Source: Ionaspis alba (Eukaryota). Taken from it: 64,000 bases of DNA. The stretch spans positions 1-64,000 of the forward strand of contig CAXUUL010000002.1 of the NCBI GenBank assembly GCA_964255285.1, in the 5' to 3' direction. Below are positions 52,601 through 64,000 of the stretch, piece after piece (within the stretch, counting starts at the first letter, position 1; every line of letters starts with the position of its first letter). The position numbers were made by a program, and so were the translations under genes. The notes beneath the pieces were generated by a model. It was not told the DNA's origin. It ran no database searches and was given only the letters and a program-made list of their open reading frames with translations.

Positions 52601-54330
52601 TGGTATGGCGCAAGGCAATGGCTCCGAATAGTTGTTTGAAGATGGGTTTGTAGCAGGTCGTTAGACGAGCCCAAACCGCTGCTGACAGAATGTAGGGCTC
52701 AAGCCGCAGAAAAATCAATAGGCCAAATAGGTCTTTTGCCTCCTTCTTCAAAGGAGTACCGGATACCGCCCATGCATTGCGCCGTGGAATCAGCTGACCT
52801 ACTTTGGCCGCATTACTCACACCGCTTTCAACCATTTGACACTCGTCCAGGGTTACTCGCCACCAATCAATTTGAACAAGCGGAGACACCTTGCGCTCAT
52901 ACTTCCTCTCCGCTCTCAGATGCTTCTCTGGAGTTGCACCGGAATAGTGAATCTCGCTTGCCAAAGTGTGGTATGTCGATAAAACAACGTCGTGGCTCAG
53001 GAGTCGGTTGATGATTTCGATATTGTCCTCGTTCGCCTTCGATCGGATTCCCTCGTAAATCATCACTTTTAGACTGGGGGCATGAGACTGAATCTCTGAT
53101 TTCCATTGCTGCAGAATCGAAGGAGGAGTAATAATGAGGGTGGCGGAAGATCGATGCAAGCCTTCAGCCATATCGTACTGTCGATCGGGGATTATTTTTG
53201 TTGTGCGCTTGTGCAGGCAGATCAGCGAAATCATCTCCACCGTCTTCCCGAGACCCATCTCTTCCGCTAGAATTCCACCATAGAAGCATGAGCCCGGGTC
53301 TCGAAGCATTCCGTCCGCTGTTGTTATTATGCCTAGCCAGTGGCTCACGAAACATCGCTTGCCATCAACGTCGGTCGTTTGAAAGAATCCGAAGGGTAAA
53401 TCTTGATATGAAGTCGTCGAGGCATTCGCTGTCATCTTATTTCCATTCAAGCCGATGCCCTCTCTGCTCAGCAGCCATCGTATAGTTCGCTTCTGAAAAG
53501 GATATAGCTGGCTTTGAAGAACGTCGACTCGAAGGGACTCTGCAGCACGTGTATCCTTGTCAGGAACATACACACTGTCGTAGAAATCACGAGGGGACCA
53601 GGTCTCCTGTTTATATAATCCTTTTCCGGGAACTAATGATGCCAGTAGAGTATTTTGAGAATCCGAGCGACAATCTGTTAGACTCTTCGAGTTTCTCCAT
53701 ATTATTTCGACTTTCAGCTCGAATCTGGTGCACGGTAATCCGTTCGCACTATCTTTGATCGAACACAAAGCCTTGCATGAGCTGCGCTTGCCTGGATTTT
53801 GTATCTTGATGGCCAGATTGATGATGCGCAAAGCTTCAAATAACATTGTAGACTGTACAGTGAAGTTTGTATGAACCCTGTAGTCAGGTCGCTGTAGCTC
53901 GTACCTATACTCATCATCACCGATCTTGTTGACGGACTTGATGCGTATTGGTATCTCCCGTGCGCCATGACACTGAGGCGAAAGGACTGCGGTCTTGCTC
54001 TGCACCACCGGGGCGAAGGCCTAAAGACACTTAGCGAAGCACAGTAAGATCTGAACTCTTATACTCACCAGATCAGCAGTGACACGAGCAATTGTCAGAC
54101 AATCCTCCCAGCGTTCATCTTCTCTTCGAATTCTAACATTGGTGTGGAGTTTCCGCCTCTTCTTTGGGCGCTCGATTTCTGAAGATTCTGCCTGGCAGAT
54201 CCGGTCGGGCTCTAAGATGGAAAGTAGAGTACCGGGAACCTGGTCTGACACGACGTTAGATCTAGGGAAGGAAATTGCAAGAAGGCAGGCACCCACCAGC
54301 CGAGCGAGCAGCAACCTTGTAGCTCTGCAT
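49663..54330 (-). CDS. IRC20: SNF2 helicase-like ATPase/RING E3 ligase (Irc20/SHPRH-like)
   Basis: LYPFQKR, GGILAEEMGLGKTVE, WWRVTLDECQMVESGVS, WAVSGTP, LRQTCLHP, RING CIIC...CGHSYC..C...[21 protein letters not shown] and ELQAIARVHRIGQ. The start (MQSYKVAARSA|DQVP) is tentative. Confidence 0.88.
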
Positions 54331-54703
54331 AATTGGGGTAGCAAGACGGATACAGTCTCGATGATAACCGAGTGAGCCACTGATGGGAAAGTGAGAAGTG
54401 TATATCATGCTCCAAAATACCCTACAGTTCTAGGAAACGGTGAAGCTGTGGAAGTAGCAGAAGCGCATCATACTCTGAGCTTGAGAGGTCCGATGCAAAG
54501 CATGCAAACTAAGAATCCTTATCGGCTATCAGATTCGACCAGGGTTGTGGAAGGCTGCCACGACACAAAATTGACATGTGATCCTCTCCGTACTAATCCT
54601 GTAAGCTTCTGTGCTTCTTACATTGACACTGCATGTTACTCTTGACAGCTTCTGTTCGTCTTTCAGATACTTGGGTACAGTAGGCACCTATACACCATAT
54701 ATC

Positions 54704-55558
54704 ATGTCTCAAGCAACAAGCTATGTCTCTCCCCCCCGACTTGGCACGCCGCCCAAGACCGAGGATATCTCGCTTGGTTCCAACCCTATACCTATCTCCA
54801 GCTCTCTTCTTTCACTTCCGTATGAGCTCCGTCAAATCATCTGGCAATATCTCTTCACAGACTACCCCATCACAATCGAGCCCGCTGGTATCGAGCTTCA
54901 ATCCCATATGAATCTCAGCATTGTTTATACGTGTAAATTGCTTCACGCTGAGACTGTCCATCATGTTTATCGTTCTTCTACCATACACTTCACGGATCCA
55001 TTGGTAGTCTTTAGATTCGCGTTTTACGTTGGATCCGATCTAGCTCTGGAGATACTGCATGTTCATTTCGATGTCTCCAACGTGAGACACTTCAATCAGA
55101 CATATACTCCACAACAACGACACCGACTGTGCAATCTCGCGCGGATACGCACGGTCTTCCCTTGTCTCAGGACCATTACCTCGAATACTATTGCTAGTAG
55201 ATGGCCGACAATTTCCGCTGAGACAATGTTGGATGGCTTCAACCAACTTCTGTTCACGAACGTATCAAGCAAGAAAAAGTTATACAAATACTTCAAGCAT
55301 GCGCTGAATGCGCCGGGCCGGATACTTGATGAGACCGTCCAATCCAGAGTGCGATTTGTGACCGTCAAAACAGGGGAGCCGTTCCTACGTCATGTTGTCT
55401 TCTGGGCAGATTCGCAGTCTCGCAAGTACAGTTACATTGATTGCAGAATTGGACCGTCGGATCTGGCTCACTGGCGATCATCGTGGCTAATTTATCAATG
55501 GATGGATTCAGACGCTTTCGTTCATCGACCTGGAATCCCTTGCTTGAATTGCTTCTAG
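54704..55558 (+). CDS. Hypothetical protein with an N-terminal F-box-like motif
   Basis: Single-exon ORF with SLLSLPYELRQIIWQYLF followed by LSIVYTCKLLHAET..VY, the pattern of fungal F-box-like proteins. The rest is unrecognised. Confidence 0.7.
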   Translation: MSQATSYVSPPRLGTPPKTEDISLGSNPIPISSSLLSLPYELRQIIWQYLFTDYPITIEPAGIELQSHMNLSIVYTCKLLHAETVHHVYRSSTIHFTDPLVVFRFAFYVGSDLALEILHVHFDVSNVRHFNQTYTPQQRHRLCNLARIRTVFPCLRTITSNTIASRWPTISAETMLDGFNQLLFTNVSSKKKLYKYFKHALNAPGRILDETVQSRVRFVTVKTGEPFLRHVVFWADSQSRKYSYIDCRIGPSDLAHWRSSWLIYQWMDSDAFVHRPGIPCLNCF

Positions 55559-55812
55559 CAGTTTTGGCCAAGAAGAACAATTCGTGCTTCGGAACTTCGA
55601 GTTCATACTAACAGCCCGTTTTACTCCACATGTCGACAAGCGCCTTTGTGGAGATTGAAAGCTTCCTCGCTTATGACTGAATCCCAACTGCCATACAGTA
55701 TGGATGAGCAATAATCGCGGCCGCATCATGGATACCTCAGCATCAAGCCATTTGCTTGCCGTCGCACAACTGCTTCGTTGCTGTCATACTGTCGCCCGTT
55801 CTTCCAATCACA

Positions 55813-57150
55813 ATGGGTGCCACGGGAGAGATTCCGAAGCCGCACAAAGCATGCATCTACGACTCCCCCAGGAGGAATTAGATAAAGATTGAGATGATCG
55901 ATACTCCGGAGCCTGGTTCAGGAGAAGTCCTTATCAGACCGTGAGAATCCCTCATGGAGAGTGCCATGCACCCAACTGACACAATATCGTCCAACAGAAC
56001 CCATTCCGGTGTCTGTCACTCCGATTTTGGCATCATGATAGATTCGATATACTCTTCGTTCTTCTGAGGCATTTCGCAGAATCGAATGGCTCACATCCTC
56101 GCAGTGGAAGTCTCTGCCATACCTAACCACCCCCGGCCAGATCGGTGGTCATGAGGGTCTCGGCAACGTCGTAAAGCTCAGGCCAGGGTCCGAGTCATCG
56201 GACATCAAGATTGGCGAGCGCGTGGGCATAACGTGGATCGCGGGCATCAGTGGAAGCTGCCGTATGCCTCGGCTACCGGCGAACTCGATGGGACAAGTCG
56301 CAGTCGCTAACTCGCCAATCCGAATAGTTGCCTGTCTCGAGGGATACGACGGTGTCTGCTTCAACCAGAAAGTCAGCGGCTACGTACTCCGGGGACGTTC
56401 CAGCAATATGTCGTCGGCCCAGCCAAGTAAGCTTTTCCACCTCGTTTTACTGTTCTTGTAATCCAGCAAGAATTGACCAACTTCCATGACAGCTACGTAA
56501 CCAACATCCCTGAATCTTTGTTCTCCGAGTCTGCTGCTCCAATGTTATGCGCGGGTGTAACAACCTACGCCGCCCTTCGGCGCCCCAATGCTAAATCCGG
56601 ACAATGGGTCGCTATCTCCGGCGCGGGCGGTGGCCTCGGGCATCCCGCCGGCCAGCTCTCCTCGCGCAGCATGGCACACTGAGTGATCGGAATCGATGCG
56701 TCATCCAAACGCCAACTAGCTCTCGACAGTGGCACCGAACACTTCATCTCCATTTCAGACCACGACGACAAGTCACTCGTCGCAGAAGTACAAAAGTTGA
56801 CAGGCGCGCTGGGTGTCAGCGCTGTACTTGTCTGCACGGCGAGTAATAAGGCTTATGCGCAGGCGATGGGCATGTTGAGATTCGGTGGGACGTTGGTATG
56901 CGTGAGGATGCCGGAAGGAGGGCCGAATGGGATTGAGACATCATTTCCAGCTGTGATGGTGGCGCGGATGTTTACAATCACGAGTGTGGCGGTGGAAAAT
57001 CGGCGAGAGGCGAGCGAGGTCCTGCAATTTGCCGCGCGGGGCGTTGTAGAGACAAAGGTGAGAGTGGAAAAGATGGAGGCGCTGGAGGGCGTTTTTGCCG
57101 AGCTGACAGAGGGGAAATTGATGGGGAGAGTGGTGCTTGATTTATCATGA
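55813..57150 (+). pseudogene. Zinc-dependent (MDR) alcohol dehydrogenase pseudogene
   Basis: [35 protein letters not shown] and GRVVLDLS are recognisable. It has in-frame stops TAG 55879-55881 and TGA 56680-56682, a frameshift at ~56384 before TPGTFQQYV, and a donor reading AT instead of GT at 56047. Confidence 0.88.
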
Positions 57151-57973
57151 CATGAGAAGGGATCCTCCATGGTACGTTGTAGTCGAATATAAGAGTTTTG
57201 TATGAAATCGGCATAAGAGTTCAAGGGCGTTCATCCCAAATATATCAGCAAGTACTTGTACCTTTCAGAACCGGAATTTTGGTTCGTGGATGCCCACTGA
57301 TGAACAGGGTGTAGCTTAAAGAGTGTGTTCTCGTTCTTTGAACGCTCGTCGCACGAGAACAGCGCAGGCTTGTTGTGCCCCGAGGTTTCGTGACCGTGCT
57401 GCGAGCAATACAACCAACTTAACACCACCACGAGCTTGAAGGGTCCAAGACACGGTTTGAGTTCTAGCGAAATCGCAGATACTTTCGTAACTCAAGCCAG
57501 AGACTATTATTCTGGTCAAGTAGAAACAGCTTCTGAAGTATAAATGCTTATTGTAACAAGCCGATTCGAGATCGCATTGCTCTTAAAATAACGCATTGCA
57601 TACTGGAGAGGGAACCTGCCCTATGGTATGGAAAGTAGATAATGGAACATGGGTAGGAGGGTACAACACGTGGATAGGAAATCTGGCACCCTTTCTCGCA
57701 AAAAGTAATCTAGGAGAAAACCAGACATAGTACAGACAGTCAACCGATACTAAGAATGAAACAGGACTAATACATTTGCTCTTTCTTCAAAACAAGCGCA
57801 AGGTACAAGGAGAGCTACAACAGCAAGGAGAATAAAAGCAGAAAACCCACCAATTTAGAGTACATATTCAAAGCAAAATCGACGCTTAACATCATTTGTG
57901 TATATTTCCCGAGTCTGTTTCCTGTCCACCTAGTTCCTCGTTCGTCACTCCTTCCGAGAGCCAGGAAGCGCCA

Positions 57974-59574
57974 CTATTGGATGCGGCGCCTCTGGCTTTC
58001 TCGCTCACCACTAACAGCGGGGCGCTCTCCAACAGTTCTGGTTGGATCATCCTGACCCTGATCGTCGGCACTGACGAGATGTTCAAGCCTCTCTACATAT
58101 GCCGCAGGAGCTTCATTGTCCCTAAGCTGCTCTAGAATATTGTCAAAGACATGCAAGAGATGTCTCCAGTCATGCGGCGAGGATTCCTCGAGGAAATCGA
58201 TGATAAAGAACCCCCCTCCACCGATCAGATTCGCGAACAGATTTCGATCGTCTTGAGCCTCAGAATCGGGAGCCGTTTTAGTCCAGGTGATCTCGTCGTA
58301 GATGTCATTGTTGCGTGCACATATGATCGAAAGTAGTTGAATTGCAATTTCGGTGGCCGTTCGTCGGACCTGTTCACCCAAGGGTGCTCTGTCAACAACG
58401 TACTGTCGCATCTGCTCGACCAAGTGTCTTAGAGTGTCTGCGCAACGACTGATGGTCGCCAACCGAAATTGCGGTCCAGTCTCGACATAGTCGTCGAGGC
58501 GTTTGAGTGTCGACTGCATCCGGCCCTTGACCTTGTTGAACACATGAATAGCACAGAAATCCTTGTCTAACGCGGCACGAAGACGTCGTCGGAGCTTCCG
58601 ATCATGGCGAGCAAGGCCATATATGGTTGCTTCGAGATTGCCTGCGATCACAAAATCCTGGAGGCTTGTGGAGTCAGTGGAAACCTGGTCCAAGACATCC
58701 TGAGCACCGTATTCGCCCGGGAGATGATCGGGATCAAACACGGAAAGCATGTCCCGAATAACCATATCCGCCGCGTCTTGCGAATCTATCTGAGATTCTG
58801 ACTCGCTGTCGTTGTCACTGTCGTCAGATTCGGCGGCGGAATCATCCCCTCGAACTTTGTTGAGTGCTTTGGTGAGCGAGTCGAGACGGCTTGTCCGAGG
58901 ATTACGCCGATCGCCGATCTGGTTATAGAAATTGGTGATAGCATGCATGACACTCTCTCTGGTGACTGGATAAACCGGCGACCGAGGAACGTCAGAGAGC
59001 ACGGCGTTCAAGCTGTCATAAAGCCACTTTATAACGTTAGTGATCGGACCATTATGCAGAAGCATAGGAGGCTGACATAGATATGAACACAAATGAAACC
59101 AGTCTGTTGGAAGTCCTGACAAGTGCACGTGACTCCACGATCGTCCCGAGAAGGATCATAGATCCGCACGCTTTCAGGCTTCTTCAACTGAAAGGCGTAG
59201 TAAAACTCGTGGTCGTTCTGCTTTCCCATGGTATGGTCCACAGTGAATTGGTCGGACCGCAAGCCCTCCATAGCACGAGGCCGAGAGTTGGGCGAGAGTT
59301 GTTGAATATCATAAAGGATTCCCGAATGACCCGCCACGGGCGTCGAGACAGCAGATGCTGGGACAGGAGGACCTGGTTGAGGCACCGATTGCGTAGTTCC
59401 AGCCTGAGCGCTGGAGGGTGTGTTCATCTGATTCTGTGCGCCACCTTGTCTTTCTCGAGCTCGACGCCTCTGCTGAGCTATGGCCCGAAAGTTGGGGGTT
59501 CCTCGAGCCGGTGTCCGGGTCGCTCTCATTCCTCCGATGGATAGGTTTTCTAGCTCGCGTGTTGGAGTCGACAT
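57974..59574 (-). CDS. SWIM zinc-finger domain protein
   Basis: YYAFQL...SVRIY...VTCTCQDF...ICVHIY|WLYDSL (CxC-xn-CxH), joined by an intron at ~59026-59076 to a long helical exon. Confidence 0.8.
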
Positions 59575-61417
59575 GGGAAGAAGAAAAATGGACAGCGAAA
59601 TTCGAACTATTGCTGAAGAGGATATCCTCGTCCATTGCGGGCTTTATGTACTGAGTTGTTGCCATGGCGTCTAGGCAGCCAGCTGCTGAGGCACATACAG
59701 AGAGCTGTGGTCAGAGAGATGACTTCTCATCAGCCCCTAATTGGCGCTTGAGCCGGTCGATTGTTCCAAGCAACATTCTGTAAGGTTAACAGTCGCGGAA
59801 GCCACGCTTCAGCCATAGCTTCTAGAAAGAAAAATTGTACCGAGCGGAGCATTCGAGAGCATACGATTGGCCGGGCGGTAGTCGGAGCTGAAGTATCTGG
59901 CGGCGCAGAGAGGACAAGTAGAGAAAGGGCAAGGGTCGGAGAGGCATTGCCGCGTAGGAACCGTCCGGCCGTATCAAGAGGAACCGTTGTAAGGGTACTC
60001 CGGGAGCAGCGAAACAATACTTTCATCGGAACAGCTGGTCCGTGTTCGCGCAAGCCGCAAGGCATATCAGCAATTCTGGAACCTGGAAGTTGGAAAGGTA
60101 GGGGTTCTCTGCACGATCAAAGGCAAGGGAGGTTTACGCGATTAGCGTTAGGGTTTGAAGCTTGACTGAGTAGTGAAGCGGTGTGCTAAGCCAGGCAGGA
60201 GGCAGGCAGTGACAGGTTCGATCCTATTGCGGTGAAGTCAGGAGGTTGTAGGCAGAGAATAGGCAGGGTTGGTGGATGAGGAAGAGCACTGTATCCAACC
60301 TGGACACGGCAGGTAACAGCAGCAGCAAGCTGTACGTCGTTGTCGCATGAGTGTCAAGTCACTGGAGATGTCATGCACCGTGCTAAGCCGGAAGCAGTAG
60401 AGCGTCTAAGTAGCCACGTGGTAGCGCGCTTTCAAGTTGCTGTGCATAGTCGTGCCGCAAGTCTGCATGCGGATTTCGTGCAGCGACAGCCAATGGAGTT
60501 TGGATAGAGCTTTCGATCAGCCCACTAGAGGCTGATATAGATCCATAGGGCTTCACCAGATGAAGCGGTGACCTGGAGTCACTCCCATGCCCAATACGAT
60601 GTCTACGGCTCTCCGCAAACCTCGGAGCTGGCGATGGCCCGCTTCCGTATTCTGTTTTCCCCCTTTCATCGACCGGCCAGGCTTGATTCAGCTCATTGTT
60701 ATAGCGGCACAAGTTTCCCGTAATGGAGGGTCCCCTTTCCAAGATTGTCAAAGACAGCTACCAACCAGGCAGATTCTCGCAAACTTCTCTTCGACCATCC
60801 GTCCCGAAGCTTAATCATACACCTTTAGTCGCGCAAATCGACTATCAGGGCAGACCCTCTGGGTTTCCAGGATGATCCAAACGAGGTCTTTGGTATCATT
60901 CAGCTGTCGTGATTGACTTGCTATGCGTCTCCGCAGCTCGGAAACCAAGGCAGTTTCACGAACTTATGCTTCCACATCATGAATGGAGAAAACGGTCAAA
61001 ATGAGTGCGTGCGTTTGCTTCTATAGCGCAAGAGGGAAAGGCGCGACAGCAGGCAACTATATGACCTGTACCTTCTACTCGATGAAAGCAAAATATGCAC
61101 ACAATATATGGATGATCATCCCTTCTGATGACGTTGAGACAAAGCTCCAAAACGATGGACATGATGTTGTTACAATCATCGAAGATGTATGCCAACTAAG
61201 CAAGAACGCCGGTCTCTACCTCTGATATAACGTTCCCATAATGCGCCGAAATGCTGTTCATAAAGCATACTGACTATCTGTATCCATAGTATCCGAAAGC
61301 AGGTGGTCGCCTTGCCCAGCGATCCGTGAGCTGGAGGCCAATGTGTGTATAGTAAGGCCTAACGTTATGGTCACTTTCTTGTTCGATGACTCTGCAATGA
61401 AGATCACCCACTTGGCC

Positions 61418-61846
61418 TTACCCCTGGTGGCCTCCACGGCCATAAGACCCTGTGGATGAGCCTTCCCGAGAGGCCTGTTGTGACTGCTTTTCTTTTGCCT
61501 TGCCAGCTTCGACAACGTGCTCCAAGGAGACACTACCCCAAGGGAGACCACTTGGATTTGCGTTGCGTGCAAGGTCGGTTGGGTTGGGAGCAGCGTATGC
61601 CGAACCAGCGGCATGTTGATTTTCTGCGATCCGCGCTTCATCCTCCTTCTGGCGCTTACCCTTCTCTCCTGTACGCATCGGTCAGTTCTCGCTGTCGTGC
61701 TCTCAAGTAGGATGGATGTACTCACTGAATTTACGTTGGGCGTTTCTGTTCTGAATCTTGCGCCTTTCTGATTGATCTGTGATCTTCTTCCAGTCTTCTC
61801 CCTGGGATCTAGACCCCTCTCCTTGTCCTTGGTGTGATGACGACAT
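61418..61846 (-). CDS. Small bZIP-type transcription factor
   Basis: EDWKKITDQSERRKIQNRNAQRKF|REK (fungal bZIP basic region), then ENQHAAGSAY and SGLPWGSVSL.HVV. One intron at ~61669-61725; both ends may extend by further splicing. Confidence 0.78.
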
Positions 61847-63112
61847 TAGAAGAGAGTAGTTAATGTCCGCGAGAGTCCAAGAGGGCGAGATGTAGAGAGG
61901 CGACGTTGCAAGAAAGATTCCGCCAGGCCCTGAGGACATGAGATGGTCTCCAGATCGTTCCAGAGTCTGGGTCTGGAAGTGATTGGAAAGGAGCAACGGC
62001 GTTGCAAGACGCGACGAGGCTCAGGTGAATGAAGGGAATGGTGCAGGTCTGTTGAATCGACGGGCAAACCAGTGATGGCACTGAAACAGAAGATGTTGTG
62101 ATGAATGGTAAGGACTGTTGTTGACGTTCATATATTATGGAAATGCCAACCCAACTGGATGGCTCACATAAACCATTTTCCGCAGGACTATATGACTCCA
62201 ATCATGGAATAGCCGGGTTCCCACTCTCAGGTTGTTCAGGCCAGAACACAACAATGTATTTCACAGCTTGGATGGTTCCCCAAGACCGTTTACTCATGTA
62301 TGAGGACTGCAGAGTACCTGCACTAGGAAGCCTCTTATCTGCAAATGCTAGCACTGAGTACCGGGCCATTTCTAGCTAGTGATTGGCGATCAGAATAGAG
62401 GACCGGACAGCCACCAACATGTGATTCAAGGGGGTTTCCCAAGATACAGCCGCAAGCCAGGCACATATCGAGCAGTTGTCAAAGGTTCGAAAAGACCGGG
62501 AGCGTTGTTACGTAGGGTACGAAAGTCATCGATTGGGAAAGGCCAGATGGAAAGAGGATGAGTCGCTCCAATGGGAGGAGGTTTCGCAGGCATAGTGGGA
62601 TATCAAAATAGGTTTGCGCAACAAGGACCGGGATTCCAACAGTTTGAAGGCTTCGAGGTAGCGTGAGCCTCAAGGGGGTTTGGCCGTCTCAGAGCTCGAA
62701 AGACTGTTGTGTGGGGGAGGGAGCCTGGGCCTGTAGCTTCCACGCCAGAAGGCAGTGTATAGGGCAGGCCGTGACGGACTGACAGCCGTGGCGGGGCAGC
62801 AAAGGGGGGGAGGGGGGAAAGAGCCGAGAGAAAGGAGCGAAAGCAGGAGGGAGAACCCGACTCAGCAGCAGCGGTCCTCGATTCGGATGAACCGAGCCGT
62901 CTAGTGGACCAATCGGGAGGTTCTCGCCCTCGCATCCTGCTCGCCGTTGGAACAAGGCCGCACTCGACTGAGAGGATGAGTGTCAGTCAGGGTATGACGA
63001 CGAAGGACCAATGAATGCGACCGATGCGATATGAGGGAAGGAGGGAAACGAAGAATGGCATCACTGCCAGCTTGGTTGAACCGTAAGCCGGCCTAACCAT
63101 GAACCCTCGCTT

Positions 63113-63148
63113 CCAATCAGCGTGCGCGATTGGCCGTTGCAAGCCAAT
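63113..63148. promoter_or_regulatory. Cluster of CCAAT boxes upstream of the bZIP gene
   Basis: CCAATC (63113), GATTGG (63128) and CCAATC (63144) within 36 bp; further CCAAT near 62909 and 63008. Confidence 0.4.
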
Positions 63149-64000
63149 CACGCTTCCCTTCAGCCCCATCTCGCTTGCCTCGGAACCCTGACGACCACGT
63201 TGCGGACCCAGCAGGCAGGGTTGCCAGGAGCCACTACCAGCGCCTGCCACAGGCATCGATTTCATCGCGCTAGACGGACAGAGTCACGACCATGAAAGGA
63301 CGTCACATTCGACGCGCTTCTTCGTGTCTCAGAGAATGGCATCAGGCCTTTCAGGGCGACATTTCGGTCGTGCCGGAGCTCAAACTCGAAGACCAGCTAG
63401 CCATGGAAGGTTCGGTCTCTAGTGCCCTTGGGAATCAAGCGTCGATCGATTGGTCGACGAGGTTGAATTAAACTATCGGGGGGCTGCGTTAGCGAGGCTG
63501 AGCCCCATTGGCATGGGGGCTGATTTCCCGCAACGAACCCCCCCCAGTGGCCCCCCGTGGTCCCCAATCACCCTCAGTAATCCCCCAGGCCGTCGAAGTG
63601 CCTTCCCCATCCTCCCCGAAACAGCCAGAGAGGTGAGATCGGAGTGCTTCCCCAGCGTCATGACCACCACCATAACATCGCAACATCACAACACCCTCAC
63701 CTCCGTCGCCATACTCTTCGCCCAACATGCTACCGCCCCTCTGCTGTACAAGCACGTGGTGGCCCAGAAGGCTGGATATCCTGAAACGTTCCAAAAATAG
63801 CCTTCCATCTCCACCCTCCTCTGTATCATCTTGGCCAAGGAGATGTGCCACAACATAAGCCGTACGAACAAACATAAGCCACGGCCTTCTTCCCATTCTC
63901 GACAGCAATCTCGCACGATCACGATAACATAAGCCAGTTTCTCAAACCTCGACAGGTGCGGCTATCTTACGCCACGCCACGCCCGGATATCCCCACTCCG

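Noticed and set aside
57231..57519. Short minus-strand ORFs downstream of the ADH pseudogene as a second decayed gene
   Set aside because: No convincing motif in any frame.
60383..61225. Short ORFs between the SWIM and bZIP genes
   Set aside because: No recognisable domain or consistent exon structure; may be the bZIP 3' UTR or intergenic.

Overview
Gene-dense, intron-rich eukaryotic DNA from a filamentous ascomycete (Pezizomycotina; inferred from short GT-AG introns with CTRAC/CTAAC branch sites and from the protein families). About 21 intact protein genes were reconstructed by hand from the ORF fragments: AP-3 delta, EMC2, a ubiquitin-like-domain coiled-coil protein, RAD16 and RAD7 (head-to-head), a BAR-PH-ArfGAP, a thioesterase, a C2 protein, a hybrid histidine kinase, a synaptojanin-like phosphatase, an orphan, a Ppk16-like kinase, eIF3j, enolase, RPT4, MNS1, SFK1, IRC20/SHPRH, an F-box-like protein, a SWIM protein and a bZIP factor. 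There is also an alcohol dehydrogenase pseudogene, a solo LTR with a perfect 5-bp target-site duplication in AT-rich DNA at the left edge, and a 100-N gap. I see no clearly new multi-gene system. The best leads are the RAD16/RAD7 bidirectional pair with a motif-rich shared promoter and an in-frame upstream extension of the ubiquitin-like-domain gene broken by one TAG. Several non-canonical splicing features were also noted. Exon boundaries were read by eye and no database searches were run.
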